Of a stretch of DNA of 64,000 nucleotides, positions 9,690 through 22,220 are shown in pieces. Numbering within the stretch: position 1 is the first letter of the stretch; each line of letters opens with the position of its first letter. The stretch is from Lama guanicoe. Taxonomy: Eukaryota. The notes under the pieces were generated by a model, which did not search any database, had not been told where the DNA came from, and saw only the letters and a program-made list of their open reading frames with translations. Made by a program: the position numbers and the translations under genes. The stretch is from the NCBI GenBank assembly GCA_013239625.1, contig MU057344.1, forward strand, positions 1,738,276 through 1,802,275. Reading direction: 5' to 3'.

Positions 9690-12556
9690 GTGGGAGCCGG
9701 CTCCGGGCCAATCCTCCGCCTCCGCGGGAAGGGCGGCGGGTGGGAGACAGCGAGCTCGGGCCGTGTCCTGGGTCCCTCCCTCCTGGCCCCAGAGCCATTC
9801 TGTGCCCTGGGATTCTGCAAAGATGAGGCTGACCCAGGGGACCCTCCCACCTGCCGCGGGGGCATTGACCAGAGCAGGGGGTTCAGGGCAAGGGGAGCGG
9901 AAGCCAGGCCAGGGGGTGATCAGCGTCACCCGCACCCAGCCCAACCACAGCCATCACTGACCTAACCCAGGGCAGGGACCAGGGCCGGCACATCAGGCAA
10001 AAATATGAGGGTGGGCCAGTCCCGGAGGAAAGGGGCTGTGTGTGAACGTGGGTGTCCCGAGGGACTCGCCCATGTCCCCCGACTGCTCTGGACAGAAGCG
10101 GGGTCTGCCCGCACCTCACTCTTCGGTGCCTGGGCTCCCTCCTGCAGAGATGCAGCCAGAGATGGGGGACTGAGAGCCACTGCATTTCGTGTTCACAACT
10201 AGTGATGGCGTCACTGTCTTAGTGACTCGGAGCCTGAGGCTCAGAGACGCCCCTGACTCACCCAGGATCCCAGCACACATGACGCCGCGGCCCTCCACCT
10301 CGGTCTCTGAGGCCCTTGTGGGGCAGGAGTTGAGGGCACCGCCCAGTAGGGCTGGGAGTCCCAAGAGGTGGTGACCGAGAAGCACGTGGGGAAATGCTGG
10401 TTCCGAGGCCGAGATAGCATCCTGGGGTGTGTCTGGTGGGCAGCAGCGTGGGAGGCAGGGGTTTGGCGTGGTTTCACATTGGCAGCAAAAGATCCTTGTA
10501 CTCCAGCCACACAGAGCTCAGAGTCACCCACTGACCCCAGAGACTGGGAGTGTCCCCTTCCCTGGGAAGGGCAGCCACGTGGGACCCCTGCAGGTGTCAT
10601 GTCCCCGTGCCCCACCCCCCGACCATCACGAGCTGTGTTCTGTCCTGGCTGGATACACGTCACTTGCCTGTTCTATGTTCAGTGCCCTCAGCCCGTCCCC
10701 GACACACAGTCCCCGCCCTTCCCCTCAAAAAGTGGCTTACAACTTAACCAAGGCTGGTGTGGCCCAGTTCCCTCCCCGAAAATGAGCCGTGAGTGTTTCT
10801 GTAAGGAGAGCTGACTTCTGGACAGTGTCGTGTGTGAGAGCCCCCTGGGGGGGACGGGGAGGGGTCAGGGCCGCGTTTACAGGATTTAATTATCATCTAT
10901 TTCTTGTGCTTTTTCCAATCTCGTGAGAGTCGACTTGCGTGACCATTACTCTGAAAGTTTGCGTTGCGAATCCTGCCTTGATCTGGCTCGAGGCAGCCCT
11001 GCCATGCGGGGTTGGGTGGTGGCTGCTGGTGACGTCACCGGGCTCCCGGGCTCGCTCTGGGAGTCAGAGGGGCCTGAGCTGGAGGAGGAAAATGTGCCCT
11101 TGGGTCCACAGAACCCGGTGCCGGCTCAGGCCAGGCCCCCCAGGAGACGCTGATTAAAACTGCTTGCCCGGCGCCCACGTGTGTGCGCTGCGTGTGCGCC
11201 CTGAGGGGCCGGGCTGTGTGGGGCCCTCACAGGCGGGAGGGAGCAGGGCTCTTCGCGCGCTGTCCTGGGTGCTTGGACACTGGAACGTGCTTCCTTTTGA
11301 GTCCTGGCCCGGGATCATCTACAGTCCCTCAGGGTGTGTCTCAAAGCCCTGACGTGGGGAAAGAAAGACCCTTTACTGCGACTGGGGTGCTTCCTACAGG
11401 GGAGATCAAACCTCCGGCCGGCGGGCCCACGGCCGCCTGCTGACGGCTTCTCCCGGCTCACAGATCTTCGCGTGGACTGGGAACCATCTCTTCAAGCTCC
11501 AGCACGTAGAGCCTGTTGAGACGCGGGTGGAGAAATTCAGACATTGGCCTGGGAGCGAGGCAGGCTGCTTCCTTCACCTGTCCTGGCAGCCGGGCTCAGA
11601 GGTCCCTGCAGGCTGCTGCCAGGGGACCTTGAGCCACACTCTGGACGCGGGTGCCCGTGGGCTGGCCGTGGGCTCCTGGTGGGACCTGGGGTTCTGGCTT
11701 AAGGATGCTGCCTCCCCACCTGCCGTTCATTTCCTTTCGGGCTCCCGTCCTGCTGCCTGAGTTACGCCATAGCACCCCAGCAAGCTCCCATCACCATGGC
11801 CGTCGGGGCGACGGGTGGCGCATACGTGTCCATCCTTTGTTAGTTTTACGATCGGGGCTGGGTTCCACAGTCTCTTCTTTCTCCCCTTCCCGGCTTTCAC
11901 AGTTCCCAAAAGGCTTCTCCCTGTGATGGCAGGTATGGCCCCACTGGGTCCCGGGAGGACGCTGCCGCCCACCCGGGGCCGTGTCACCTTCCCCACACCC
12001 TGTCTGGCTTCCCCAGGATGGCGGAGACGCGGTCACGGCAAGGTCCCCGGGCCGGCCAGTCTGTGCTCTCTCATTCCCGTCGGAGCGCGGTGGTGTGTGG
12101 TTTTACACAGCACAGCCATAAATTTCACTAGCCACTTGTCAGCTTATTTACAACGCAAATCCCAGCTGCTTAGAGAACCCTGCTCCCTCGCAGCCCTGGG
12201 TTCACAGCTCCCCTAAATTTCAAATGCATTTCCCTGGGCCATTTATTTAGATTAGAACCAGGAGAGGGCCAGATTCAGGACTCTGTGACCAAACTGAATG
12301 CATGGCTGCCCACCCCCCGGCCCCTGCCCGCCCCGCGGAGGTTGGAGAGGGAGCGCCAGGTCTGTGACCAAGCGCCTCTCCCAGTCCCGTTTCTGCGCTC
12401 AGCATCCCCGCTGCTCCGAGATCGCGCACAGCCGCTGGCAGAGCTGGCAGAAGGGTCCCGCGTTCCCAAAGAAACAGGAAGGGCAGGCTCGGTGTGCACG
12501 CCCCCTGGATGAACGTTATCTCCCATGCTGACGCCCTGCTGCCCGCGCACACACGT

Positions 12557-12616
12557 GCGCACCAGAGCCCCCAGCCAGAGTCCTGCGCGCACCAGAGCCC
12601 CCAGCCAGAGTCCTGC
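12557..12616. repeat. 30-bp tandem duplication
   Basis: gcgcaccagagcccccagccagagtcctgc x2. Confidence 0.9.
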
Positions 12617-13771
12617 TGCCGTGGCCCAGCTGGACGCACAGCATGGGGGGTGCCCGCAGTGAGCTGTCCGGCCTGTGCTTGGACTCCTGCCACCGGGGGG
12701 GCAGTGCCGTCTGTGGAGCTGCGGGTCCTCCGCACCCCATGTCCCCGTACACATCCCTCTGCTTCTTGCTTCTTGGTGCCGGTGTCGTCGGACTGTCACT
12801 TTATAAAACGGGGAAATCACCCTCTCTTTCCCGGACCTCAGGGCCTCCGATTGTGGTCGTGAAGGCCGAGCCCCGCACGGGCCCCACGCCCACGGGGACC
12901 TGCCCGGGGCAGACTGTTCCCCGCGGCAGCTGCCCAGCAGTGAGCGCTTTGCTTCGATGAGCTCGGAACGTCCAGGCAGCATTCTGACAGACGCACCCGA
13001 GGCGTCTGGAGGCAGGCGCGTCCCTCTCTAATCTCCCAAGTGCGTGGTGCAGGCTGGCAGCTGGTGCCCCTGCGGAGACGCACAAAGATCACGTGGGCAC
13101 GTGGGGCTGGCGGTACCCTCAGCCGCAGGGGGTCCGTGCGCAGGAGGCAGCCTGACGGGGCAGGGCGGAGACCCCCCTGACCTTAGAGCAGTGGAGGATG
13201 CTGGAGACTCGAGGCAGCCCCACGCCCCTTCGTGGATTGGCAACTGAGGCCCCGAGGGAGACAGGGTCCGCCCAAGGACCGCTAAGAGGGGCCGGGACCA
13301 GGCCAGCCCTCCTCGCCCTCCCGGTGCCAGGATGGGGGTCTCTCTGCCGGGGAGTCTGGGCCCCTCCTTCCCGGGAAAACTGGCCCAGAGCATCTTTCCT
13401 GGTGCGCTGCTGCCCCCTTGAGGCTGCCGGGAGCACGTCACCCTCTGCTCACAGACCACCAGGCCTCGGCCTCCGTGCTGGGGGACCCAGACAGCAGAGG
13501 GCGGGAGATGCTGAGAGAGGCTGGAGGGTCCCCCCGACGCACAGCTGGGGGCTCAGCCCCAGAGCGTCCCCTCTGCCAGCGGGGGGCACATTCTGAAGCT
13601 GCCCACCGCCCGGGAGTCGAGGGGGGGCACCTGCTTCCTAGGGCTGCTTTGGCTGTGAGCCAGCGGCCTCGGGGGAACCGCGTGGGCAGGGGTCTCCGCC
13701 AGGCCCGGGGAGGGGTGCAGGGCCCAGGCCCCGCGGCCGGCCAGGCTCCTCTGAGCGCCCGTGTCTTCCAG

Positions 13772-13941
13772 GTGTAAGTACTGCGACCGGTCCTTCAGCA
13801 TCTCCTCCAACCTTCAGCGGCACGTCCGGAACATTCACAACAAGGAGAAGCCGTTCAAGTGCCACCTGTGCAACCGGTGCTTCGGGCAGCAGACCAACCT
13901 GGACCGGCACCTCAAGAAGCATGACCACGAGCACGCGCCAG
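13772..13941 (+). CDS. PRDM16: PRDM16 exon 13 (C2H2 fingers 9-10)
   Basis: ttccag|G TGT AAG; [22 protein letters not shown]...[21 protein letters not shown]; donor G|gtggg. Confidence 0.97.
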
Positions 13942-13961
13942 GTGGGCTGGGGGGCGGGGGC

Positions 13962-14028
13962 NNNNNNNNNNNNNNNNNNNNNNNNNNNNNNNNNNNNNNN
14001 NNNNNNNNNNNNNNNNNNNNNNNNNNNN
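13962..14028. other. Assembly gap (67 N) in G-run-rich PRDM16 intron 13
   Basis: N run. Confidence 0.99.
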
Positions 14029-14309
14029 GGGGGCGGGGCAGCGGGGGCGGGGCACCAGGTGGACAGCGGGGCAGGGCAGGCAGAGGACGGAGGAGGGAGA
14101 CACGCCAGTCCCGCAGGACAGCCCACCATCGCCCCTCAACTCGTTTTCATCAAGGAGAGTTCGTGCTCGCGGGTCTTCCTAAGAAGTGGGTTCCCTGGGA
14201 GCACCCCAAACACGCACCCTCCTCGCCCGGCTGACCACCCCACCCCCGTGTGCCCCGGAGGGAGGGGCTCCGCGGGGCACACCTCCTCTGATGCTCCCGC
14301 ACCCCGCAG

Positions 14310-14484
14310 TGAGCCAGCACTCCGGGGTCCTCACGAACCACCTGGGGACCGGCGCCTCCTCCCCCACCTCCGAGTCGGACAACCACGCACTTTTAGACGA
14401 GAAGGAAGACTCGTATTTCTCTGAAATCAGAAACTTCATCGCCAACAGCGAGATGAACCAAGCATCATCACGAACAGACAAACG
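14310..14484 (+). CDS. PRDM16: PRDM16 exon 14
   Basis: cgcag|TGAGC; (V)SQHSGVLTNHLG...SYFSEIRNFIANSEMNQASSRTDK(R); donor CG|gtaag. Confidence 0.96.
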
Positions 14485-14880
14485 GTAAGACGCCCCTCCT
14501 GGGGCCCGGAGGTACAGTCACGCCCAGACAGGTGCCCCCGCCTGGTGCTTGAGCAGGGGGGCCCCCTGCAGAGGGCAGGCCCACGCGCTCTGCCGCCCGC
14601 TCCACCCCCTCTGCCTCAGTCTCTCACCTGAGAGGGATCAGAATGAGCACCCTCGACCGGTGGTGTGTGTGGCGGTGTGTGTCACACGCTCGGTGCAGCG
14701 CCAGCACGGGGGCCGTTTAGGATAAACAGCCCAGTTTGGCCTGGATGTTGACAGATGGGCAGCAGAACGCCGGCCAGGTGAGGGCTGCTGCCAGGAGCTC
14801 TGCCACGCCCCTGAAACTTGAGAACATTCTCACTTCATCCGAGGCATGAAAGGTCCCTTAAGAGCACTGCTCCTTTAAAA

Positions 14881-14902
14881 ACACACACACACACACACAC
14901 AC
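14881..14902. repeat. (AC)11 microsatellite
   Basis: Read directly. Confidence 0.95.
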
Positions 14903-16143
14903 TGGGAAAGTGAAGGACTTCATTAAGGGTGGAGGGTGTTGTGCATAACCTCCCTCCCAAGGCTCCGCTGACCCGAGAATCAGAGACACCCAAATTCCGA
15001 GAGTCCTCAGGGGTGTGCTCCCCTAATTATGCGGACGAAAAGGAGGCCCAGAGAAGGCGGAGACTTGCTCCAGCCTCACAGGCAGGCCCAGAGCCCAGAG
15101 CCAGGGCCCCCGCCGTCCCCTGGAGCTCGGGGCCCTCCCCACCCCCCAGACACCCGGCCTCCCCCAGGGCAGCTGCATCTCCCGCTCACGGGTTCTCCCG
15201 GGGGCAGAGTAGGGCACTGGGAAGACCTGTCCGATCGACAGACAGATGTGGTACCTGGACTGTTCCTGGCTCTTCTAAGCCCTAAATCCGTGCCCTGAGA
15301 GGGGAGGCCTCACCTGACCCCCAGGTGGGCTCAGAGGAGGAGTCGGTGGGAGAGGCTGGCATGGGCTGTGCTTCCCAGAGCCCCACCCTGCTGGGCAGCG
15401 GAGATCTGGATCCCGGAGCAGCCTCCTACTCTACAGCCCTGTCCATCCTCCTCAGCCCTGCGGCTCCGCCCGAGAGCTGTCCGTTGTTAGCCCAGTACAG
15501 ACATGAGCACCCGGGGCCAGGCCTCACTGAAGCCCACGACCAGGCCACGAGGCACATCCCGCTTATTAAAGGCCGTCCCCTGGACTGTGGCTCCCTGCCC
15601 CCAGCAAAGCCAGAGGAGACCCAACAAGGATGTGGTGGGGGCGTCCTCCGTGGGGCAGGGGGAGCACCGGAAGGGCTCCCACGCCCTGGGTTCGGGTGGC
15701 AGGCCCAGCTCTCAGCCACCAGGAGGACACTCCAGGAGGGCCACCAGGACAGAGGCGCGTCCCTGGAGGGGAAAGGGGTGGATCCACCCCCACCCGGGGA
15801 GCAGAGCATCTCAAGCAGGGCCCCCGGGGTGTGGGGCAGCAAGTTCGGCTCAGACACAGCAGGCTGGCCCCTGCCACCCAGACAGCCTGGAGCAGAGCTG
15901 GGCCACAAGCCCCGGCTCCTGGATGGCCCATCCTGGCTCATCCCGGGAGCTGGGAGCCCCCTGCAGGTGCCGCCACATCGTGGTGGGAACCACGGTCACA
16001 GCTGACATCTGTCCACTAATGTGCATAAGTGGTGGGATATTGAGAGTTCAGTTTGGGGCCAGTGTTAACGTTATCTGGTTCTCATCCAGAGCTAGAGAAT
16101 TCAGGGTCTGCCAGGCTTCCTGGCCCCACACAGACATAAACTT

Positions 16144-16557
16144 CTGGGCTGAATCGTACCCCCCAGAATTCCCGCATTGAAGTCCCAACCTCCAGCACCT
16201 CCGTGTGTGACCTTATTTGGAAAGAGGGTCTCTGCAGAACTCATGAGTTAAGATGAGGTCTTACTGGAGTCAAGTGGCCCATATCCGATAGGACCAATGT
16301 CCTTATAAAAAGGGGAACTCTAGACACAGACACGCACCCCGGGAGATGCCACGTGAAGGTGAAGCTGAGGTCAGGGGATGCGTCTACAAGCCAAGAAAAC
16401 CCAAGGGCGGCCACAAACCACCGGAGTCTTGGGAGAGGCCTGGGAGGGCTTCTGTCCCCCAGGCCCCGAGGGAACCAGCGCTGTGACGCCTGGACCTCAG
16501 ACGTCTAGACTCCAGGCCTGTTTGAGCTGTGATACTTTGTGATGGTGGCCCCCGGGG
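16144..16557 (+). mobile_element. MLT1-type (ERVL-MaLR) solo LTR
   Basis: Recalled MLT1 motifs: tgggctgaatcgtaccccc, gtgaccttatttggaaagagggtc, gtccttataaaaagggga, tctacaagccaag, gggagaggcctgg. Confidence 0.8.
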
Positions 16558-18128
16558 ACACCCCCGCATCCGAGCAGCTGTTTGGAGGCCTGGCAGCCAC
16601 CCTTGTCCTCTCTGTCGGCACCTGTCTCCAGCCAGACCTCTGTTCTGTGCCCCCAACCCCAGCCACTGAGCACTGGTGCTGGGCGCAGGCCTCCTACGGA
16701 TGAGCAGACCCTCTGTGTGGGTGGGGCTGGGAGCACAGAGACGCCCTGCTCCCACAGAGGGCTGACCCGCATGGCAGCCACACACGGCTCCGAACATGAC
16801 CGGAGCCCCGTCTGCCTGGGCTCCCCACCTGTGCTGTTCATCAGCCCTCAGCGTGGGGGCCGTTCTCACGTCGCCCCGAGGGCGTGGGCTCCGAGAAGGC
16901 AAGGCCCCACCCAAGGGGGCCCTATCGAGACCCAGGAACGGAGGCCAGACCCGGCCCCGTGGGCCTCGCCCCGGTGGACGGGCGTGTGCCCAGTGACCAG
17001 CACGGGCGCCCAGCGACGCGGGAAGCGGGGCGGGCTTCTGCTCGTCCTGGAGGGCGGGAGGACCGCCGGTGTCTGTACGCTCTCCCGTGGAGAAGCAGGA
17101 AGCAAAGGCCAGGCAGCTCAAAGCAGGGCCGTCGGGGTCTCCCCAGCCCCGGGCCTCCCCTGCGTTTGGAGGCAGTGATCACTCAGAGAGGATGTCCCCC
17201 CTCATCCCGATGCCCCGAGCGGGGCCTCCGGTCTCCCCCACAGCAGTGGGCTAGTTTCTGCGGGCCGTGGGAGGTCCAGGAAGGAGCGGGTCTGGGACTC
17301 AGAGCTCGGACTCGGGAAGCGTGAGCCTGGCCCTCCCCGTCCCCTCCACCCCCTGCCCAGGCAGCTTCAGGCCCAGCCCACCTGCGGCCACGGCACCTGG
17401 TCCCAGGCTCGCAGACGAATCAGACGAACCCCAGTGACGTTTCCTGAGAGAACTGCGCCCTCCCTCCCGCTCTCTGCTTGTCCTTCCCTTTCAATACAAG
17501 GACCCAGAGTCGGAAAGGCTCTCCCGGCTGCAGTGACCGCATGGGAGATGAGGTGGGGTCTGGGCTGCAGGGGACACTCCCCCAGCCTCTGAAGCACACT
17601 CATCCTGGCTTCTTCCAGGGCTGACAGCGGCCCAGCCCTGGACATCCAGAACCCTCGACCCCAGACATTCCATCTGCAGAGGGTCCCTCGCCTGGGGCCG
17701 CCCCGTCCTCACACCCTCACGGCGGGCGGGGGGCAGCAAGCACCCGTCAGGGCTGGGCTGGCAAACCTCCTGTGCTCCTCGTGCGGGGTCCGACCCGAGC
17801 GCCCGCACCCAGGGCCCCCTTCCCCACAGGCGGGCCGTGACTTCCTTCTCCGGGCCCCTGAACGGCCCGTGTTCGCGCTGCCGAGCGGTCCGTGCTCTGC
17901 CTCCAGCAGGCTCCCTTCTCTCCCTGATCCACAAAGATGGCGGCTGAGGCCAAGGGTGGAAACCAGCCGCTCCAGACCGCAGCTCTGCGGGCTTAGTGAC
18001 CGGGAAGGCAGGCTCTCTTCGAAGGCAGCGGGAAGGCCGTCGGGTGGAGGGCAGTGGAGTTCAAGCCACCTGAAGCCGCGCCGCTGGCCTCTGGGGTCTG
18101 CAGCCAACTCCCTCCCGTGTCACTTCAG

Positions 18129-18365
18129 GCCGGAGGTCCAGGACCTGGACGGCGCCTCCCAGTGCCCCGGCCTGGCCCGCGGGAAGCGGGGGGACGTGGA
18201 AGAGGAGGAGGAGGAGGACCTGGAGGAGGACGACGAGGAGAGCCTGGCCGGGAAGTCTCAGGACGACACCGTGTCCCCCACGCCTGAGCCCCAGGGCGCC
18301 TACGAGGACGAGGAGGACGAGGAGCCGCCCGCCCCCCTGGCCGTGGGCTTCGATCACACCCGAAG
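18129..18365 (+). CDS. PRDM16: PRDM16 exon 15 (acidic domain)
   Basis: ttcag|GCCG; PEVQDLDGASQCPGL...EEEEEEDLEEDDEESLAGKSQDD...GFDHTR(R); donor AG|gtggg. Confidence 0.95.
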
Positions 18366-19247
18366 GTGGGCACCGGCCTCTGCGGGCCTCGCGTGCCGGG
18401 CGCCCCGGGCAGGGAGGGGCCGAGCATCCCGGGGGCGACCTCCCTCGGGAGCCCGCCGTCCTCTAGCTGGGCTCGCCCACCCTCCCAGCGGGCATTTCTG
18501 CCGCAGGGACCTCTGTGTGCGGCCAGGGTGAGGCCAGGCCCGAGGAGAGGGGCAGGGCTCCAGCCCCCGACACTCTCACACACACGTGCACACGCATGCA
18601 CACTTACCCAGGCCTGGAAGCAGAGCCGGGGAGGGGAAGCCTGAGAGGGCGCTGGTCCTAGACCCGCAGCCCCTGCGGAAGACCTGCCCGTCAGGCCAGG
18701 GCTGTGACCTCTGGCCTCCTGCAGGCTGTGTGGGGTAGGGGCTGAGCCACCCCTAGTTTTGGGGGTCGGTGGGCCAGAGCCTCTTCCTTCATGTCCTGAC
18801 TGCTCGCTGCCTACCTCTGGCACCAGTGATGCTACCAGCATCCCCCTGCGGGAGGGGGTGGGCATAGATTCGGGGGGCCCTTCGGAGATGGTCCGCTTCC
18901 TCGCACCCATGGGTCCTGGGAGAGGGAGCCCCGGGCTCCTCCAGAGCCACCCAGATTCTGGGGACCCGAGGCCCTCCTCCCATCCTCCGTCCCCGGAGAG
19001 CCGGGTGCCCTGCCTGCCGCTTGCAGTGTGTGTGCACGCACTCACCTCCTCCTGCCCTCCATCTGTGGCTCCTGCATCGTGTGACTTCTGTCCAGGTGTC
19101 CGTGTGTCCGTGTGTCTGTCTCCCTGTGCATGTGGCTCTCGGAGATGCTGTGGCATGCATGCAGGCACAGAGCCAGCCGTGGGGCGTCGGAGAGGTGGCC
19201 AGAGGCCAGGCCAGCTAACGGCAGGCCCCCCCCGGTCCTTGGTGCAG

Positions 19248-19422
19248 GTGTGCTGAGGAGCCACCAGGCGGCCTGTTAGCTTTGGAGCCGATGCCGACTT
19301 TTGGGAAGGGGCTGGATCTCCGCAGAGCAGCTGAGGAAGCATTTGAAGTTAAAGATGTGCTTAATTCCACTCTAGATTCTGAGGCTTTAAAACAGACCCT
19401 GTACAGGCAGGCTAAGAACCAG
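19248..19422 (+). CDS. PRDM16: PRDM16 exon 16
   Basis: tgcag|GTGTGCT; CAEEPPGGLLALEPMPTFGKGLDLRRAAEEAFEVKDVLNSTLDSEALKQTLYRQAKNQ; donor CAG|gtagg. Confidence 0.95.
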
Positions 19423-20620
19423 GTAGGTATCCACCAGAGCCCACCCCCATCCCCTTTCCCAGGCTGGACGGCAGGCGCCAGCCGCGCCTCCTCCACCAGG
19501 GACAGCCCGCTTCTCACTGTGGCCGTCCCGTGCCTGCCTGGGGGACGCCCAGGACCCACCGTGGCCCTCCTGTGCCCATCGCATCAGCTAGAGAGACCCC
19601 AAGTGACCCCAGTGTCCCGCAAACGGGCAGGGCAGATAGAGGACGAGGGCAGATGAGTATGAGCCGGACCCTCACCTGGGAGCCCCCCCCCACCGCAGTG
19701 TTCACGGACACGTGGGTCACTGTCCTCACGCCCCCGGCGGGAGGTGCCCGCCAGCAGGTGTCCTGCATCGGCCTCCCTCCACCTCTGACCCGAGCAAGAG
19801 TGATGGCAGGCCAGGGGTTTCCTGAGGGATGCTGCCCCGTCCGGGGCCACCGATTCCAAGCAGGAGCTGCGAGGGGGTCGGCGGGGCAATGGGCTGGCCC
19901 GGCACGTCTCACCCCGGCTCCTCGGTGTAGGTTCCGCAGGACCTGCCTCCTGCGTGTCCCCAGTCGGGGGGGCGGGGGTTTCACTCGGCCACCTGCAGCC
20001 CACCCGAGTCTCAGCGAAACCGTCTGCGTGTTTGTCTTTGTCTTCTTACTAATCGTGTCCGGAGTGTTAACGCGGGGGGGCTTCATCTGCCCCTGCCTGC
20101 TCTGAGCGGCCGCGTTCCGTCCACTCACACCCTGCGGACGAAGCCGGGCTCCAGGCGGCTTCCCCGAAATAGCTCTGTGCTGTCGCTGTGGTAGTCCAAG
20201 CGGGACAGGCCCCACCAGGCAGGGCCTGAGCCTCGCTGACGGGGGTCCAGCAGTCCCCAGTACCTCCAAAGAGCAGGGGGAATCCGTGCTGATCACGGGG
20301 GTGGGGAAGTTTCTGCAAAGGAGGGTGTGGCCCCGAGAGGCTGTGGGAGCCCTCGCACAAGGTCCCTGGCCATCCGGGCGTCTTGGCGCCCTCTGCACGG
20401 GGGCCCAGCGGAGGTCCTGCTTTCGCCCGGCGCTCCCACCGCCAATGCCTCCTCTGCGGGCCGGCCCCGCGCCCTGCCCTCGCCGCACGTCTGGATCTGA
20501 GGCCAGTCGGAGGGCGTGGGAGGTCGGGAGGGGCGAGGATGCAGCAGCTTGGGCCTGCAGGGCCCTGGCCCACGCCGCTCACAGCCTGTCCTGTCTGCGC
20601 CCTCGTCCTCTCCCTGCCAG

Positions 20621-20755
20621 GCGTACGCAATGATGCTGTCGCTCTCGGAGGACACGTCTCTCCACGCCTCCTCCCAGAGCCCTCTGGACGCTTGGCTGAA
20701 CATCACAGGAGCCACGCCGGAGTCTGGAGCCTTTAACCCCATCAACCACCTCTGA
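20621..20755 (+). CDS. PRDM16: PRDM16 exon 17, coding part
   Basis: tgccag|GCG TAC; AYAMMLSLSEDTSLHASSQSPLDAWLNITGATPESGAFNPINHL then TGA at 20753-20755. Confidence 0.96.
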   Translation, partial: AYAMMLSLSEDTSLHASSQSPLDAWLNITGATPESGAFNPINHL

Positions 20756-22212
20756 CCGACCCAGAAGGGGCTGGGGTCAGAGTCCAGGCGAGGCCACCAC
20801 GGGCCCCCAACATCCCAACAGGAATCCCAGCTGTGGAAGATGGAGGCGAGGGCCTGGGAGCCGGTGCGGCCCGGGGCCGAGTGGCCACTCCTCAGCACCT
20901 GTCCCCCCACCACAGTTCAGCTCGAATTTCTCCAGTGAAAACCCAGAACCTGGACATCCTTGGAAGGCTTCAGCTTCTCCAGGAACTGGCGCTGAGGACA
21001 GCGGCGTCCAAGGTGGCACAGCACAGGCCCATCGGGGCTCAGCGCAGGGGAGCTGCTCGTGGAGTCCACCCAGGGGCGAGGGCGGGAGCCGAGTCCCGAA
21101 CTGAAGCCAGCGGCCACCCGGGCGCCTGCGTGGAGTCCCGGGAGGGAAGGGGCAGCTGGGTGTGCTCTGCAGAGGGAGTCGCCAGGCGGTTTTTATAGCG
21201 AAATGACCAGAAAGACGCTTTTGGTAATCTTATTGACGACAGAGTTTATTTAAGCATGTGGTTTTAAAAACAGACGGTATTTTTAAAAGAAAAAAATCAC
21301 AAAGTGACTTGGAAATTGTTTCTTAAAAGTAATTTTGCCTTGCTTTGAAATCTCAGCTTATTTGCAGACCCAGACCTGCCCGGGAAGCAGCACAGTGTTG
21401 GGAGGTGTTCTTTGTAGGTGATGGAGACATTTTCTATCCCCGACCCTGTTTGTAAAGCCAAGGAGAGCGGGGCGCCCCCAGGCAGCACCGAGGGGGCGGG
21501 CCCACTCCTGGGAGCGGGTTCAGACTGTGCCGGAAATCTTGGGTAGGGTGTGCTGGGCCGGTCCGAGGCTGGGGCTCGGAGATGTGCCTGTCAGTGTGTG
21601 ACACGTGGTTCGTGCCCGCGGCCCCCACCAAGACCCCCCAATTGTCTGGGGAAGGTCAGAGTGGGGGCTCGGTCCCCAGGGCAGGGGGGTCGGTACCGCC
21701 GAGCCTGCCACCACTTTCGGATCTGCACCCCTGCCCTCCCCCACCCCCACCAGACGGACGGCGGAAGGAAGTGGGTGTGGGGGGGGCCGCTGCGGGGCGC
21801 ACGCCGTGGCTCCCCTGCTCCAGGCAGCCGATCTCTGCGTGCACCTGAGACCCTGGCTCCGGGACACGACTGCCGCCTCGCTTCTTGTGTGGGTTCCTGG
21901 CGGGCGGGACCCGGCTCCAGAACGAAGGGCATCCAGACACCACCCGCCGCAGAGAGCAAGGACAGCGCAGCACCGTGGGGACGGCGCCTCCCCGGGGACC
22001 GGCTGCTTCTCCACTCGGATGGGCTTTAAATTATTCCCCTAGGGGCCAGCTTCGAAGAGTAGTGTTTTTTCCCTGATGGAATTTACCTTAATCTGTATAT
22101 AACTTGTAATTTTTTCTAATTCATTTCTTTTCTTATTTTATTTTTTCCTTAACAGTATTTTGGCATTAGACATTCTTATTGTGAAGAAATGTTAATATAA
22201 GGATCTAGCGAA

Positions 22213-22220
22213 GGACCAAA
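22213..22220 (+). promoter_or_regulatory. miR-133 8-mer seed site (GGACCAAA) in the PRDM16 3'UTR
   Basis: Exact 8-mer complement of the miR-133 seed in an AU-rich context; miR-133 repression of Prdm16 is established in the muscle/brown-fat lineage. Confidence 0.75.

Noticed and set aside
12688-12708. CTCF-like GCCACCGGGGGGGCAG
   Set aside because: Spacing does not fit the core consensus; G-runs are common here.
18125-19342. 405-aa antisense ORF over PRDM16 exons 15-16
   Set aside because: Low-complexity P/G/R/A composition, no recognisable domain, expected in GC-rich DNA.
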